Both the position numbers and the translations under genes were made by a program. Positions 36,300-46,576 of a stretch of DNA of 64,000 nucleotides are shown in pieces (within the stretch, counting starts at the first letter, position 1; each line of letters begins with the position of its first letter). Source of the stretch: an uncultured Bacteroidota bacterium (lineage in GTDB: Bacteria > Bacteroidota > Bacteroidia > Bacteroidales > GCA-2748055); the NCBI GenBank assembly GCA_963713725.1, contig CAVQMZ010000006.1:227591-291590 (forward strand). The letters are read 5' to 3'. The notes under the pieces were generated by a model. That model saw only the letters and a program-made list of their open reading frames with translations. It searched no databases and was not told where the DNA came from.

Positions 36300-38075
36300 A
36301 TGTCAGATAAAACAAACTTCAACAAAATTGTCTCCAACCCCGTTGCGCATACCTTCCTTGTTTATATAAGCGTGGGATGGCTTGTCCTTGAAATGACGGA
36401 TTTTTTTATAAACAACTACAACCTCACGGAAAGGTTCCGGGATATTCTGCTCATAGCGATGATCATTGGATTGCCCCTGGCCCTCTTTTTTACCTGGTAT
36501 TTCAGCCGTGACAAAGAGACAAAGGATGAAAAGGACATGCGTTTGTCCAAAATTTTGTGGAAACGACCCTGGTTCTCCATTCCTGCCATACTGATTCTGG
36601 CACTCGTGCTTTTTACGGCTGTGAGGTTTGTATACAACCACAACGCGGAAGATTCCAGCAGCCAAAGGGGCAATCAAGCGAAAACAGCTGCTTTTGACCG
36701 TGCCGAGGTTTCCCTTGCGGTTTTGCCATTTACCAACCTTCTGGGTAATGCTGAGCAGGATTGGCTAGTCTCCGGTCAGCACGAAGCATTGATTCATGAA
36801 CTGTCCAAAATAAGCCAGATCAGGCCCTTTCGGATTATTTCCAGAAGTACAGTGGATGCTTTTAAGGATCGAGATAAGCCTGCTGCAGAAATTGCCAGGG
36901 AGATCAATGTGGAATACCTGGTGGAAGCTTCGGTAATCGCCTCTGCCGACTCGGTCTCCATTCAACTAAGGTTGATCCAGGTAAATCCGGAAGAGAGCGT
37001 GGTCTGGGCCGAATCAGCTATCACTGATTTTGCTCATATCCTTAGCTTTTACAACAAGCTTGCCGAACAGATTGCCCAGAGAGTAAATCTCGAACTGACT
37101 CCTTATGAAACCGATCGTTTATCCAATACCAGGGAAGTAAATCCAGAGTCCTACAAAGCATATCTCCGGGGAATGTATCATCTGAACGATCTTACTCCTG
37201 AAGGTCTGGAAAAGGGACTGGAATACCTTCATCAGGCAGTGAGCTTTGATCCTGCTGAGCCCTTTGCCTATGCCGGACTGGCCCTGGGTTATCTCGAAAT
37301 AGCTCATGGCCCGCTGGATCCAGGCGATGCACTTAACAAAGCCGAAGCGGCAGCCTCCCAGGCTTTCAAGCTGGATACAAGCATGGCTGAGGTATATGCA
37401 GCACTGGCTGAGGTTTATCTGTATGATGAGTGGAAATTCGACCTTGCAGAGGAATATTTTCTAAAGGCTCTGGAGATCAATCCAAATCTTGCCATTGTCC
37501 ATTATCACTATGCCTGGGCACTTTATCTCTTCGGCCATCTGGATGAAGCTATTATAGAACATGAACTGGCTCAAAAGTACGATCCCTTTAATCCCTTGCA
37601 TACTGCGTGGCTTGGAACATTATATTCAGCAAAAGGACAAAATGAACATGCCATTGAGCTTGCCCTGGAATCACTTGAAATGAGAGAGGATTACGCTTCA
37701 GGATATTTTGTCCTGGGCTTTGCCTATCTGTATTCGGGACAGGAAGAGAAGGCCATTGAAGCCCATCAGAAACTCATGGAAGTACACCCATGGTGGTCAT
37801 GGGCCCTGGGTTATACCTATGCAAGGACCGGTCATATCGATGAGGCAGAAGAAATTTTGGAGCAGCTTGAAAATTCCAATATAAATGGTTGGGCTGCCTA
37901 TGGCTTGATGACCATCAACACAGGTCTGGGTAGAATGGATGAGGCCTTTGAGTGGTTAAACTATGAACCACATCATGCTTTCGGAGCATGGCCAGCCGTA
38001 ATGGATGAGTACGAAACCTTACGAGAAGATCCTCGTTTTGAGAATTTTCTGGCTCGTCTTAATCTGCCTGATTAG
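36300..38075 (+). CDS. membrane-anchored TPR-repeat protein
   Basis: 591 aa with two N-terminal TM segments, a TolB-N-like alpha/beta module (VLPFTNL...) and a C-terminal half of TPR-like repeats (A..YL.KALEINPN.A..HY..A). Confidence 0.6.
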   Translation: MSDKTNFNKIVSNPVAHTFLVYISVGWLVLEMTDFFINNYNLTERFRDILLIAMIIGLPLALFFTWYFSRDKETKDEKDMRLSKILWKRPWFSIPAILILALVLFTAVRFVYNHNAEDSSSQRGNQAKTAAFDRAEVSLAVLPFTNLLGNAEQDWLVSGQHEALIHELSKISQIRPFRIISRSTVDAFKDRDKPAAEIAREINVEYLVEASVIASADSVSIQLRLIQVNPEESVVWAESAITDFAHILSFYNKLAEQIAQRVNLELTPYETDRLSNTREVNPESYKAYLRGMYHLNDLTPEGLEKGLEYLHQAVSFDPAEPFAYAGLALGYLEIAHGPLDPGDALNKAEAAASQAFKLDTSMAEVYAALAEVYLYDEWKFDLAEEYFLKALEINPNLAIVHYHYAWALYLFGHLDEAIIEHELAQKYDPFNPLHTAWLGTLYSAKGQNEHAIELALESLEMREDYASGYFVLGFAYLYSGQEEKAIEAHQKLMEVHPWWSWALGYTYARTGHIDEAEEILEQLENSNINGWAAYGLMTINTGLGRMDEAFEWLNYEPHHAFGAWPAVMDEYETLREDPRFENFLARLNLPD

Positions 38076-38101
38076 CGAGCTTCAAGGGGAAATAATAGGT
38101 T

Positions 38102-38962
38102 CTAATTTTGTTCTCCCCGGTGGTATTTAACGGCATGTTTTTTTGCTTTGATTTCGAATCCTGTCTTTTGCCCAAACACGTAGGCAAAAGACGCCCCTAA
38201 ATACAGAATTTGAGAAGTATAATACACCCATATCATAAGTATTACAATGGCACTTGCTGCGCCAAACCCAGAATTTATACTACTCTTTCCCAGATACATT
38301 CCAAATGCCACCTTCCCAAGAAAAAACAGGACAGAGGTAAATCCCGCAGCTATTAAAGCAGTCCTCCATGGTACTATGGCATTACCAATGAATTTAAAAA
38401 GAAGCGTAAAGAATATTATGATCAGGGAAAAGGAAATCAGATTCTCATATACATGCGCATTGACAAGAGCCTCAGGAAGGAGTTCCGAAAACTTAATAAG
38501 CAGACTGTTGATTGTTACGCTCAATAATAGAATGAAACCGACAGTAAGTAGATAAGCCAGGGACATCAAATAGCGCATAAAAGAATCGAAAATACTTTTT
38601 TTTGGTTTTGCTTTCAGTCCCCAAATTGCATTAATGGATCTCTGTATCTGGTTAAACATTCCGGTAGCTGCTAACAACATAGCCACTACGCCAATAATTG
38701 CTGCAAAAGAATTGTCATGATGCAAATGTTGATTATTAACAATTGCCTCAAGTTGTTGTGCCCCCTGGTCCCCAACAATGCCATCCAATAAATTGTTCTG
38801 TATATTTGAAATGCTGTCCGGTTTAATTATTTTTCCCAATAAATAGGTGATAATCACAGTGATGGGAACAAAAGAGAAGACCGTATAGTAAGATAAAGCG
38901 GCACCCTTTTCGGAGGTATTGCTGCTTAAAAAATGTTTGAAAATATCCTTTATAAACTTCAT
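38102..38962 (-). CDS. YihY/BrkB-family inner membrane protein
   Basis: 286 aa: KGAALSYYTVFSFVPI..., polytopic. Confidence 0.7.
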   Translation of the reverse strand: MKFIKDIFKHFLSSNTSEKGAALSYYTVFSFVPITVIITYLLGKIIKPDSISNIQNNLLDGIVGDQGAQQLEAIVNNQHLHHDNSFAAIIGVVAMLLAATGMFNQIQRSINAIWGLKAKPKKSIFDSFMRYLMSLAYLLTVGFILLLSVTINSLLIKFSELLPEALVNAHVYENLISFSLIIIFFTLLFKFIGNAIVPWRTALIAAGFTSVLFFLGKVAFGMYLGKSSINSGFGAASAIVILMIWVYYTSQILYLGASFAYVFGQKTGFEIKAKKHAVKYHRGEQN

Positions 38963-38986
38963 CTCAGTATGTTCTCATTTCGAAGG

Positions 38987-38994
38987 CAAATTTA
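38987..38994 (-). promoter_or_regulatory. -7 box TAAATTTG upstream of the YihY gene
   Basis: Exact TAnnTTTG on the minus strand, 24 nt before ATG 38962. Confidence 0.3.
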
Positions 38995-39205
38995 CATATT
39001 TATATGATGCCAGTGTTGGAAATATATCTTCCCGGCCATTCTGAAAAGCAGTGTCGGATCTTTTAAAGGAAAGCCTGCTTTAACATATTCCGGGAAGAGG
39101 TACACAGCACCTTTAACAAATACACTTTTTATTATGCTTTTTTTCCTATTATTGTACCCGCATCAAGACAATTAGTCACATTTTGTATAAGCAGACGGTA
39201 AGTAA

Positions 39206-40612
39206 ATGAAAAACAGCTATTTCGATTTAATCGAGCAAACCTATTATTTCCCCCAGGAAGGCTTTGACCTGAGGGAAGGAAACCTGACCTTCCATGGGGT
39301 TTCATTAAAACACCTGATTGAAAAACATGGTACACCCTTTCGGTTTATCTACCTGCCAAAAATAGGGGACCAGATTAAAAAAGCCCGCAACCTCTTTAAC
39401 AGGGCCATAAAAAAACATCAATATCAGGGAAAATACTACTTCTGCTATTGCACCAAATGCAACCACTTCTATCATGTGATCAAGGAGGCCCTTAAGCATA
39501 AGGTTAACCTTGAAACTTCCTCTGAATTTGACATCGATCTCATTCTGAACCTTCACCAGAAGGGCAAACTGGACTCCGATCGACTCATTGTTCACAACGG
39601 TGTAAAAACGAAAGAATACCTGAGTAAGATTCTATCCCTGCAGGATGCCGGCTTTAAAAATTCCATCATCATCCTGGATAGCACCGAAGAGTTAGATCGC
39701 CTGCTGGATCTGAAACCGACCCATAAGGTAAAAATCGGACTGAGGATGGCCATCAACGAAGAGGCGCAATCGGCATATTATACCTCCAGGCTGGGTATTC
39801 CTCCGGGTGAGATCATCGATTTTTTTAAGAAACGGATCCGCGACAATGAAAATGTCGAATTAAAAATGCTCCACTTTTTTGTGGACACCGGAATTAAAGA
39901 CACCCTTTATTACTGGGGAGAATTTCAGAAAGCCCTCAAGCTCTATGTGGAATTGAAAAAGGAAAGCAAAAACCTCACCTCCTTTAACCTTGGCGGAGGT
40001 TTCCCCATACGTAACCACCTGGGCTTCGAGTACTCTTACGAGTATATGATCAATGAGATCATCAAGAACATCAAAGAGGCCTGTGTTAAGGAAAAGGTAA
40101 TGGAGCCCGATATATTCACCGAATTCGGAAGGTATACGGTTGGTGAGGCCGGGGCAATCATTTTTAAGGTTCTGGAACAAAAACAACAAAACGATACTGA
40201 GACCTGGTACATCGTCAATAACAGCCTGATGAATACCATTCCCGATGCCTGGTCCATCCATGAAAAATTTATCTTACTCCCTGTGAATAAATGGGACAAA
40301 GAATATGGCCGTGTGAACATCGGGGGAATCAGCTGTGATCATTCTGACTATTATAATTCAGAGGATTTGAACCAGGAGGTACTCTTACCCAAATATAAAG
40401 TGGATGACAAAGAACCCCTTTACCTGGGTTTCTTCCATACCGGGGCCTACCAGGACTCAATCAGCGGATATGGCGGCATCAAACACTGTCTGATCCCGGC
40501 CCCCAAGCATGTGATCATAGACCGGGATTCACAGGGTAATATAATCGACACTGTTTACCGCGAGGAGCAATCGGTCAGTGAAATGTTTAACATACTGGGA
40601 TATAATGGATAA
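39206..40612 (+). CDS. PLP-dependent (fold type III) arginine decarboxylase-like enzyme
   Basis: 468 aa with CYCTKCNHF (the PLP-Lys K-x-N motif of Orn/DAP/Arg decarboxylases), NLGGGFP and GGISCDHSD. It is the first gene of the polyamine operon. Confidence 0.7.
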   Translation: MKNSYFDLIEQTYYFPQEGFDLREGNLTFHGVSLKHLIEKHGTPFRFIYLPKIGDQIKKARNLFNRAIKKHQYQGKYYFCYCTKCNHFYHVIKEALKHKVNLETSSEFDIDLILNLHQKGKLDSDRLIVHNGVKTKEYLSKILSLQDAGFKNSIIILDSTEELDRLLDLKPTHKVKIGLRMAINEEAQSAYYTSRLGIPPGEIIDFFKKRIRDNENVELKMLHFFVDTGIKDTLYYWGEFQKALKLYVELKKESKNLTSFNLGGGFPIRNHLGFEYSYEYMINEIIKNIKEACVKEKVMEPDIFTEFGRYTVGEAGAIIFKVLEQKQQNDTETWYIVNNSLMNTIPDAWSIHEKFILLPVNKWDKEYGRVNIGGISCDHSDYYNSEDLNQEVLLPKYKVDDKEPLYLGFFHTGAYQDSISGYGGIKHCLIPAPKHVIIDRDSQGNIIDTVYREEQSVSEMFNILGYNG

Positions 40613-41459
40613 AAGGCGTGCCTTTGCAGGGATCGATGAAGAGTATGCAAGCTATGAGCAGGCCCGAATTCTTCTACAATCCATTCCCTATGACGGCACC
40701 AGTACCTGGGGAAAGGGAGCCGACAATGGCTTCGGGACTTTTCTGGAAGCTGCTGAGAATATGGAGCTGTACGACATAGAGAGCGATTCCGAGGTATACA
40801 GGCAGGGCATACATATTCTGGAGGAGATCGCAGAAAAATCAACGCCTGAAGCAGTTTACCTGAAGGTCCTCGAAAAAACCAAAGAACTTCTTAAAAGCGG
40901 CAAGTATCTGACCTTTTTTGGTGGAGAGCACTCGGTGAGCATTGGGATTATGGAGGCCTTCCGGAAGACCTATCCGAACCTGACTGTGTTGCAACTTGAT
41001 GCCCATGCCGATCTGCGGGAGGAATACATGGGCTCCCCCTATAACCATGCCTGTGCCCTTCATGCCGCCAGCATGGAGTGCAACCTGGTCCAGGTGGGAA
41101 TAAGGAGCATGGATGAGTCGGAGAAAAAATTTCTGAATCCGGACCAGTGCTTTTTCGCCCATGAGGCCCATGGGGACCCTTCCTGGATGGAGCGCTCCAT
41201 CGAAAAGATGAGCGATCAGGTTTACCTGACCATTGACCTGGATGTACTGGATCCTTCCATAATGCCCTACACCGGTACACCTGAACCCGGGGGTATGGAA
41301 TGGTATACCTTATTGAGCTACCTAAAAATGGTTTTCCGGGAAAAAAATGTGGTGGGCTTTGATATTGTGGAATTCTCCCCCACAGGCGATCTGAAAGCTC
41401 CTGGCTTTCTTGTGGCCAAACTTTATTATAAACTTCTGTCCTACAAATTCTGCCTGTAA
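40605..41459 (+). CDS. speB: agmatinase (ureohydrolase family)
   Basis: GGEHSVSIG, QLDAHADLR, TIDLDVLDPS and FDIVEFSP are the Mn-binding motifs. ATG 40605 overlaps the upstream stop (ATGGATAA). The ORF track starts at 40578. Confidence 0.8.
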   Translation: MDKRRAFAGIDEEYASYEQARILLQSIPYDGTSTWGKGADNGFGTFLEAAENMELYDIESDSEVYRQGIHILEEIAEKSTPEAVYLKVLEKTKELLKSGKYLTFFGGEHSVSIGIMEAFRKTYPNLTVLQLDAHADLREEYMGSPYNHACALHAASMECNLVQVGIRSMDESEKKFLNPDQCFFAHEAHGDPSWMERSIEKMSDQVYLTIDLDVLDPSIMPYTGTPEPGGMEWYTLLSYLKMVFREKNVVGFDIVEFSPTGDLKAPGFLVAKLYYKLLSYKFCL

Positions 41460-41471
41460 AATTTTACGAAA

Positions 41472-42452
41472 ATGAACGATCACAAAGGCCCCATCGGTGA
41501 ATTTATATTGAAGCATTATAAGCATTTTAATTCAGCAGCCCTGGTGGATGCAGCCCGGGCTTATGAAGAACAGCTGGATAAGGGAAATAAAATGATGGTG
41601 ACCCTGGCCGGGGCTATGAGTACGGCCGAGCTGGGCAAGTCACTTGCCGAAATGATCAGGCAGGATAAAATTCATATCATCTCCTGCACAGGCGCAAACC
41701 TGGAAGAGGATTTGATGAACCTGGTGGCCCACAAGCATTATAAGCGAATCCCGGAGTACCGCGATCTGACTGCCGAACAGGAGCGCGAATTGATGAACGG
41801 CGGACTGAACCGGGTCACCGATACCTGTATTCCCGAGGAGGAAGCTTTCCGGCGCCTTCAAAAGCACGTATTTAAAATATGGAAGGACTCGGAAAACAGG
41901 TCTGAACGATATTTTCCCCATGAATACCTCTACAAGCTACTCCTTTCAGGCGAACTGAAGCAATACTACGAAATTGATCCCGCCGACAGCTGGATGCTGG
42001 CCGCTGCAGAAAAGAACCTGCCCATTGTAGTGCCGGGCTGGGAGGACTCAACCCTTGGAAACATCTTTGCCTCCTACTGCATCAAGGGAGAACTTCAGGC
42101 TTCCACCATGAAATCGGGCATTGAATACATGGTCTGGCTGGCAGACTGGTATACGGATAATACGGCAGATACTGGAATTGGCTTTTTCCAGATTGGCGGT
42201 GGCATAGCAGGTGATTTTCCCATCTGCGTGGTCCCCATGCTTTACCAGGATCTGGAAAGAACCGAAACCCCTTTCTGGAGCTATTTCTGCCAGATATCGG
42301 ACTCCACAACTTCCTATGGATCTTATTCCGGAGCCGTTCCCAACGAAAAAATCACCTGGGGAAAACTGGATGTGGATACCCCCCGCTTCATTGTTGAATC
42401 GGATGCTACCATAGCCGTGCCCCTGATTTTTGCCTACCTCTTAAACTGGTAA
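41472..42452 (+). CDS. deoxyhypusine synthase-like protein (probable homospermidine synthase type)
   Basis: 326 aa: VTLAGAMSTAELG...IISCTGANLEEDL...FFQIGGGIAGDFP...ISDSTTSYGSYSGA..NEKITWGK. Confidence 0.7.
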   Translation: MNDHKGPIGEFILKHYKHFNSAALVDAARAYEEQLDKGNKMMVTLAGAMSTAELGKSLAEMIRQDKIHIISCTGANLEEDLMNLVAHKHYKRIPEYRDLTAEQERELMNGGLNRVTDTCIPEEEAFRRLQKHVFKIWKDSENRSERYFPHEYLYKLLLSGELKQYYEIDPADSWMLAAAEKNLPIVVPGWEDSTLGNIFASYCIKGELQASTMKSGIEYMVWLADWYTDNTADTGIGFFQIGGGIAGDFPICVVPMLYQDLERTETPFWSYFCQISDSTTSYGSYSGAVPNEKITWGKLDVDTPRFIVESDATIAVPLIFAYLLNW

Positions 42453-42482
42453 GAGAAATTCTTCCTACTTTCCCCCTGGCAT

Positions 42483-44258
42483 ATGAGAAAGAAATTATCC
42501 AAAGGGGCTCTTTTATTAATTGCTTTGATTCTGGTCGTGCTCGCCGGTAACCAGATTATAATTGCCTTGTTCAGCAGATTTTCGGAGAAGCTGATCCTCG
42601 AAAATCATGAACTTAATGCGCTCCAGGAGTTAAAGGGGGCTCTGGGAAAGGTATTAATATATGACAATCAGTATCTGGTAAATCACGAGAAAGACATCAG
42701 GACATCGGTAAACCAGGCCAATATAAAATATCATGAGTGCCGTAAGGTAATCGCCCCTGTTCCTCATGGAGAAAGCTGGAAAAAAATTGAGTTTATGTTC
42801 GAAAGTCTGAATGAGAATGTGAACCATCTGATTGAATCTGCTCCGGAAGATGGAGTCCTACAACACATCATATCCCATCAAATCCTGGACCTGATCGCCC
42901 AGGTGGAGACAGAGATTAAGGAGAGTGTTGAGGAGATCAATGAATATGAGGTTAAAAGCAAGAAGGTGAAACTACATGGCACCATAACTGTGGTGGTAAT
43001 CGGTATGCTGCTCATCCTTCTTTTGACCATTGGCAGCATCAAATTTATCAAAGGGCTTACCCGTCCCATCGAACAGCTGCTGGATGGCATCCGGAAAATC
43101 GGAGAGGGAGACAGGGACCTGCGGGTTCAGGTCGATACTCATGATGAATTTCAGGACCTGGCTGCATCCTTTAATTTCATGATCGATACACTGAATAAAA
43201 CCAGCATTTCGGAAAAGCACCTGAGTAAAATTTTAAATAATCTTTACGGAGCCTTGATCGTTACCGATTCAAAAGCCATGATAAGATCCATAAACGCAAG
43301 CACCTCAAGCATGCTCAGGTATAAGGAAGGGGATCTGATCGGCAAAAGTATTAAGCTCCTCTTCAAACCAGATGAGCTCTCCGTTTATGAAGGCGAGAAT
43401 GAAGAAACAAAGCTCGATGAATTGGCTCTTCAGATTTCTAAATTAACCGAGATGATCGATAAGGATGAACATGAAATTCCGGTTTATATGACTTCCGTGG
43501 TGATGAAAAGTGGAGATGGGAATCCTGAAGGCATGGTCGTTGTGGGGCATGATCTGACCAAGGAGAAGGAAAAAGAGGCGCAAATGGAAAAACTGCGAAA
43601 GGAGCGGATGATTGCCATTCACGAGGCCCAGGAACTGGAACGACTAAGGCTCTCAAGGGATCTGCACGATGGCCTGGGACAGCTTTTAACAGGAATTTCC
43701 TACTCCGTTCAAAAACTCAGCGAGGAAGAAAGCATTGATAAAGCGTTTGCAAGTCGACTTGAAGACCAGGTTAATGCGGCCATCCAGGAAGCCCGGAATA
43801 TTGCACAAAACCTTACCCCTATTGTGCTGCGGGATTTCGGTCTTGTGGCTGCCATTGAAAATCTGGTTCAGAGAACGAACCAACTGAATAAGACGCGGTT
43901 TATATTTAGAAGCTACTCCTTCACTGAACGCATTGACGAAAAACTTGAAAAGGCCATCTTCAGAATTTGCCAGGAAGCCGTCAATAACATTATCAAACAT
44001 GCCGGTGCAGTGGAGTCAACTGTTGAGCTGTACAGGGTGGAGGATATGATTGTTCTTGTTGTGGAAGATGACGGACAGGGCTTTGATACCGCATTGCTGT
44101 ATCAAAAAGAAGGTGAAGGCGGGCTCGGGCTGATCAGTATGCAGGAGCGTGTAAGTGCTTTTGACGGTGATCTTGTGATCAACTCGAAAAAGGGAACCGG
44201 GACTGAGATTGTGGTGGAAATTCCCTGCAGGAAAAAGAAAAAGAATGAAAAAAATTAG
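42483..44258 (+). CDS. sensor histidine kinase (TM-sensor-TM, HAMP, PAS, HisKA_3, HATPase)
   Basis: 591 aa: H-box RLSRDLHDGLGQ, HAMP (RPIEQLLDGIRKIGEGD) and the ATPase G-boxes DDGQGF and GLGLISMQERV. Confidence 0.85.
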   Translation: MRKKLSKGALLLIALILVVLAGNQIIIALFSRFSEKLILENHELNALQELKGALGKVLIYDNQYLVNHEKDIRTSVNQANIKYHECRKVIAPVPHGESWKKIEFMFESLNENVNHLIESAPEDGVLQHIISHQILDLIAQVETEIKESVEEINEYEVKSKKVKLHGTITVVVIGMLLILLLTIGSIKFIKGLTRPIEQLLDGIRKIGEGDRDLRVQVDTHDEFQDLAASFNFMIDTLNKTSISEKHLSKILNNLYGALIVTDSKAMIRSINASTSSMLRYKEGDLIGKSIKLLFKPDELSVYEGENEETKLDELALQISKLTEMIDKDEHEIPVYMTSVVMKSGDGNPEGMVVVGHDLTKEKEKEAQMEKLRKERMIAIHEAQELERLRLSRDLHDGLGQLLTGISYSVQKLSEEESIDKAFASRLEDQVNAAIQEARNIAQNLTPIVLRDFGLVAAIENLVQRTNQLNKTRFIFRSYSFTERIDEKLEKAIFRICQEAVNNIIKHAGAVESTVELYRVEDMIVLVVEDDGQGFDTALLYQKEGEGGLGLISMQERVSAFDGDLVINSKKGTGTEIVVEIPCRKKKKNEKN

Positions 44259-44895
44259 CATCTTAATCGCCGACGATCATGAGGTCATCCATAACGGGGT
44301 TGTGGACATTCTGAAGTCCTTCGAAAATCTAAAGATTTGCTGCCATGCCTATACCGGGAAGGAAGCTCACCAGCAGGCTGTGGCACTTAAACCTGATGTG
44401 ATTTTTATGGATATTTCCATGCCCGAGTTAAACGGGATAGAGGCCACCAGGCTTATCCGCCAGGAAAATTCCCACTCCAAAATCATCGCCCTTACCCAGT
44501 ACGAAGAAAATGAATATGTACTCCAGTTTTTGGCAGCAGGGGGAAATGGTTACCTGCTGAAGAACTCGAAAAAGGGAGAATTCAAAGATGCCATAGAGGC
44601 TGTTATGCAAAACCAGCGCTACCTGAGTTATGAACTGTCCCATAATTTGCTTAATTCCGTAATCTCCAAGGAGGTACAGGATGGTGAACAAAAGAAGGTT
44701 CACCTCACTCGAAGGGAGATTGAAATCATTAAAAAAATTGCCGAAGAGAAGAATAATCAGGCGATTGCCGATGAGCTGAATATCAGCCTTCGGACCGTGG
44801 AAACCCACCGCAGGAACATCATGCAAAAGCTGGAAGCAAAGAGTGTAATTTCGCTCTTAAAATACGCCTCTCAGCAAAAAATCATCGACCTCTGA
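44245..44895 (+). CDS. NarL/LuxR-family response regulator
   Basis: MKKISILIADDHEV...DVIFMDISMPELNG (receiver) and LTRREIEIIKKIAEEKNNQAIADELNISLRTVETHR (LuxR HTH). It overlaps the kinase gene by 14 nt. Confidence 0.85.
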   Translation: MKKISILIADDHEVIHNGVVDILKSFENLKICCHAYTGKEAHQQAVALKPDVIFMDISMPELNGIEATRLIRQENSHSKIIALTQYEENEYVLQFLAAGGNGYLLKNSKKGEFKDAIEAVMQNQRYLSYELSHNLLNSVISKEVQDGEQKKVHLTRREIEIIKKIAEEKNNQAIADELNISLRTVETHRRNIMQKLEAKSVISLLKYASQQKIIDL

Positions 44896-45043
44896 GACCT
44901 CTGAGACCTCTATTGCTCCTTCCGGAAAATAATTTCTACGTGTTTTCTGGTATATAAAATACCATGAATGTACGATTGCCCGCGGGCCATTGTGTATCTA
45001 CTTTTACAGCAGACTAAGGGCTAATTTTTTTAACCTGTACAGC

Positions 45044-46297
45044 ATGAAAAACCTTTATATAATTCCCATTTCCCTGCTTTTGTTTTTTTTCTCGGCCTGT
45101 GCCAACAAGACCATTGAAAATCCCTCTGCAGGAGAAGCTACTTTTGTGGGCTCAGAGGTCTGTAGGAGCTGTCATACTGACAAGTATGACGATTGGGCTA
45201 CCACCGGTCATCCCTACAAATTTACGATTATTGAAGATGGCCAGGAACCCCTTTATCCTGCTGAAGCCATTAATTTTCAGTCTACCTGGATGGCGGAACT
45301 GGGAGACGGATCTTACGAGTGGAGTGACATTGCCGGTGTGATTGGTGGTTACGGATGGAAAACCCGCTTTGTTGGAAAAGACGGACATGTCATTGGAACG
45401 GCCAACAGCGAAAATTCCCCCGGCCTGGGACATAACCAGATTAACTTCTTCGGTGGAGAAAATCATGGCTGGTCTGATTATCACACAGACACAGAAACAG
45501 TTTACAACTATTCCTGCTTCAAATGCCACACCACCGGGGGAACAACTGAAGGTACATGGCTTGAGGGAGTGGATGGTCTGGGAACCTTTTCAGAAGGGGG
45601 AATCGGCTGCGAGAGCTGCCACGGCCCCGGAAGCACTCATGCCGGTGCACCCTCTGATCAGAATATCGACCGGGTATACGAATTTGCCCACGCTGACAAC
45701 AGCCTTGGCGGTCTGGAAATAAACGGAGTGGTTCAAAGCCCTGATCCGGATGGAAACGATGTTGTTTTTTTATGCGGAACCTGTCACAACAGGGGATATG
45801 CTAATCCCATTGATGCGAGTGGAGGTTTTATCAAGCACCATGAGCAGTGGGACGAATTCGTGGTTACCAGGCATGGTAAAGGCGGACTTACCTGCATAAC
45901 TTGCCACGACCCTCACAAAAGGACCATCTGGGATGGAGATGGTATTAAAGCCAGCTGTACCTCCTGCCATTCGGATAAAGAAGCAAATACCAAACACAAT
46001 GCAATACCAACATGTGTCGACTGTCACATGCCCTATGCTGCAAAATCAGGCACACAAATTGGTGAGAGTGGGTACAGGGGCGATGTTCGTTCCCACCTTA
46101 TGACCATTATCCCGGACACAGAAAGCATGTTTACCGAAGACGGAAACTGGGTTCGTGATGATGATGAGCGTCCTGCTGCACTGAGCCCTGCCTATTCCTG
46201 CCTGGCTTGCCATAATGACGATCCCAATGATGGTATCTTTGATTTGACACTTAACTTTGCAGCCTCCTATGCCAAGAATATGCACGCCACAAAATAA
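45044..46297 (+). CDS. octahaem c-type cytochrome lipoprotein
   Basis: Lipoprotein signal MKNLYIIPISLLLFFFSAC. Eight CxxCH motifs: CRSCH, CFKCH, CESCH, CGTCH, CITCH, CTSCH, CVDCH, CLACH. Confidence 0.8.
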   Translation: MKNLYIIPISLLLFFFSACANKTIENPSAGEATFVGSEVCRSCHTDKYDDWATTGHPYKFTIIEDGQEPLYPAEAINFQSTWMAELGDGSYEWSDIAGVIGGYGWKTRFVGKDGHVIGTANSENSPGLGHNQINFFGGENHGWSDYHTDTETVYNYSCFKCHTTGGTTEGTWLEGVDGLGTFSEGGIGCESCHGPGSTHAGAPSDQNIDRVYEFAHADNSLGGLEINGVVQSPDPDGNDVVFLCGTCHNRGYANPIDASGGFIKHHEQWDEFVVTRHGKGGLTCITCHDPHKRTIWDGDGIKASCTSCHSDKEANTKHNAIPTCVDCHMPYAAKSGTQIGESGYRGDVRSHLMTIIPDTESMFTEDGNWVRDDDERPAALSPAYSCLACHNDDPNDGIFDLTLNFAASYAKNMHATK

Positions 46298-46312
46298 CTC
46301 CTATACTATATA

Positions 46313-46347
46313 TCAAGCAAAAGAGGCTGTATCAAAAGGTGCGGCCT
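46313..46347 (+). terminator. rho-independent terminator
   Basis: AAGAGGCTGTA...TGCGGCCTCTT stem (7 perfect bp, extendable with wobbles) followed by TTTTTT, 16 nt after the cytochrome stop. Confidence 0.6.
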
Positions 46348-46576
46348 CTTTTTTATGACAAAGTTCGATCACAAGTTGCCATATGCTTCGCTATAGACCT
46401 GATAATAGGATTGTCCAGGATAGCACCCTCCTTATTCATTTCAGATCCCTGCAAATAGACATATAGCTATAACTGTCCCGCAAAGACAAATGTTCAAAGC
46501 CAGAATCCTTAAGAAATGCAGAGTCTTATTCATTTGAAACTGACAATCGGCCATTATCGGCCTATATCGCAAAGGC

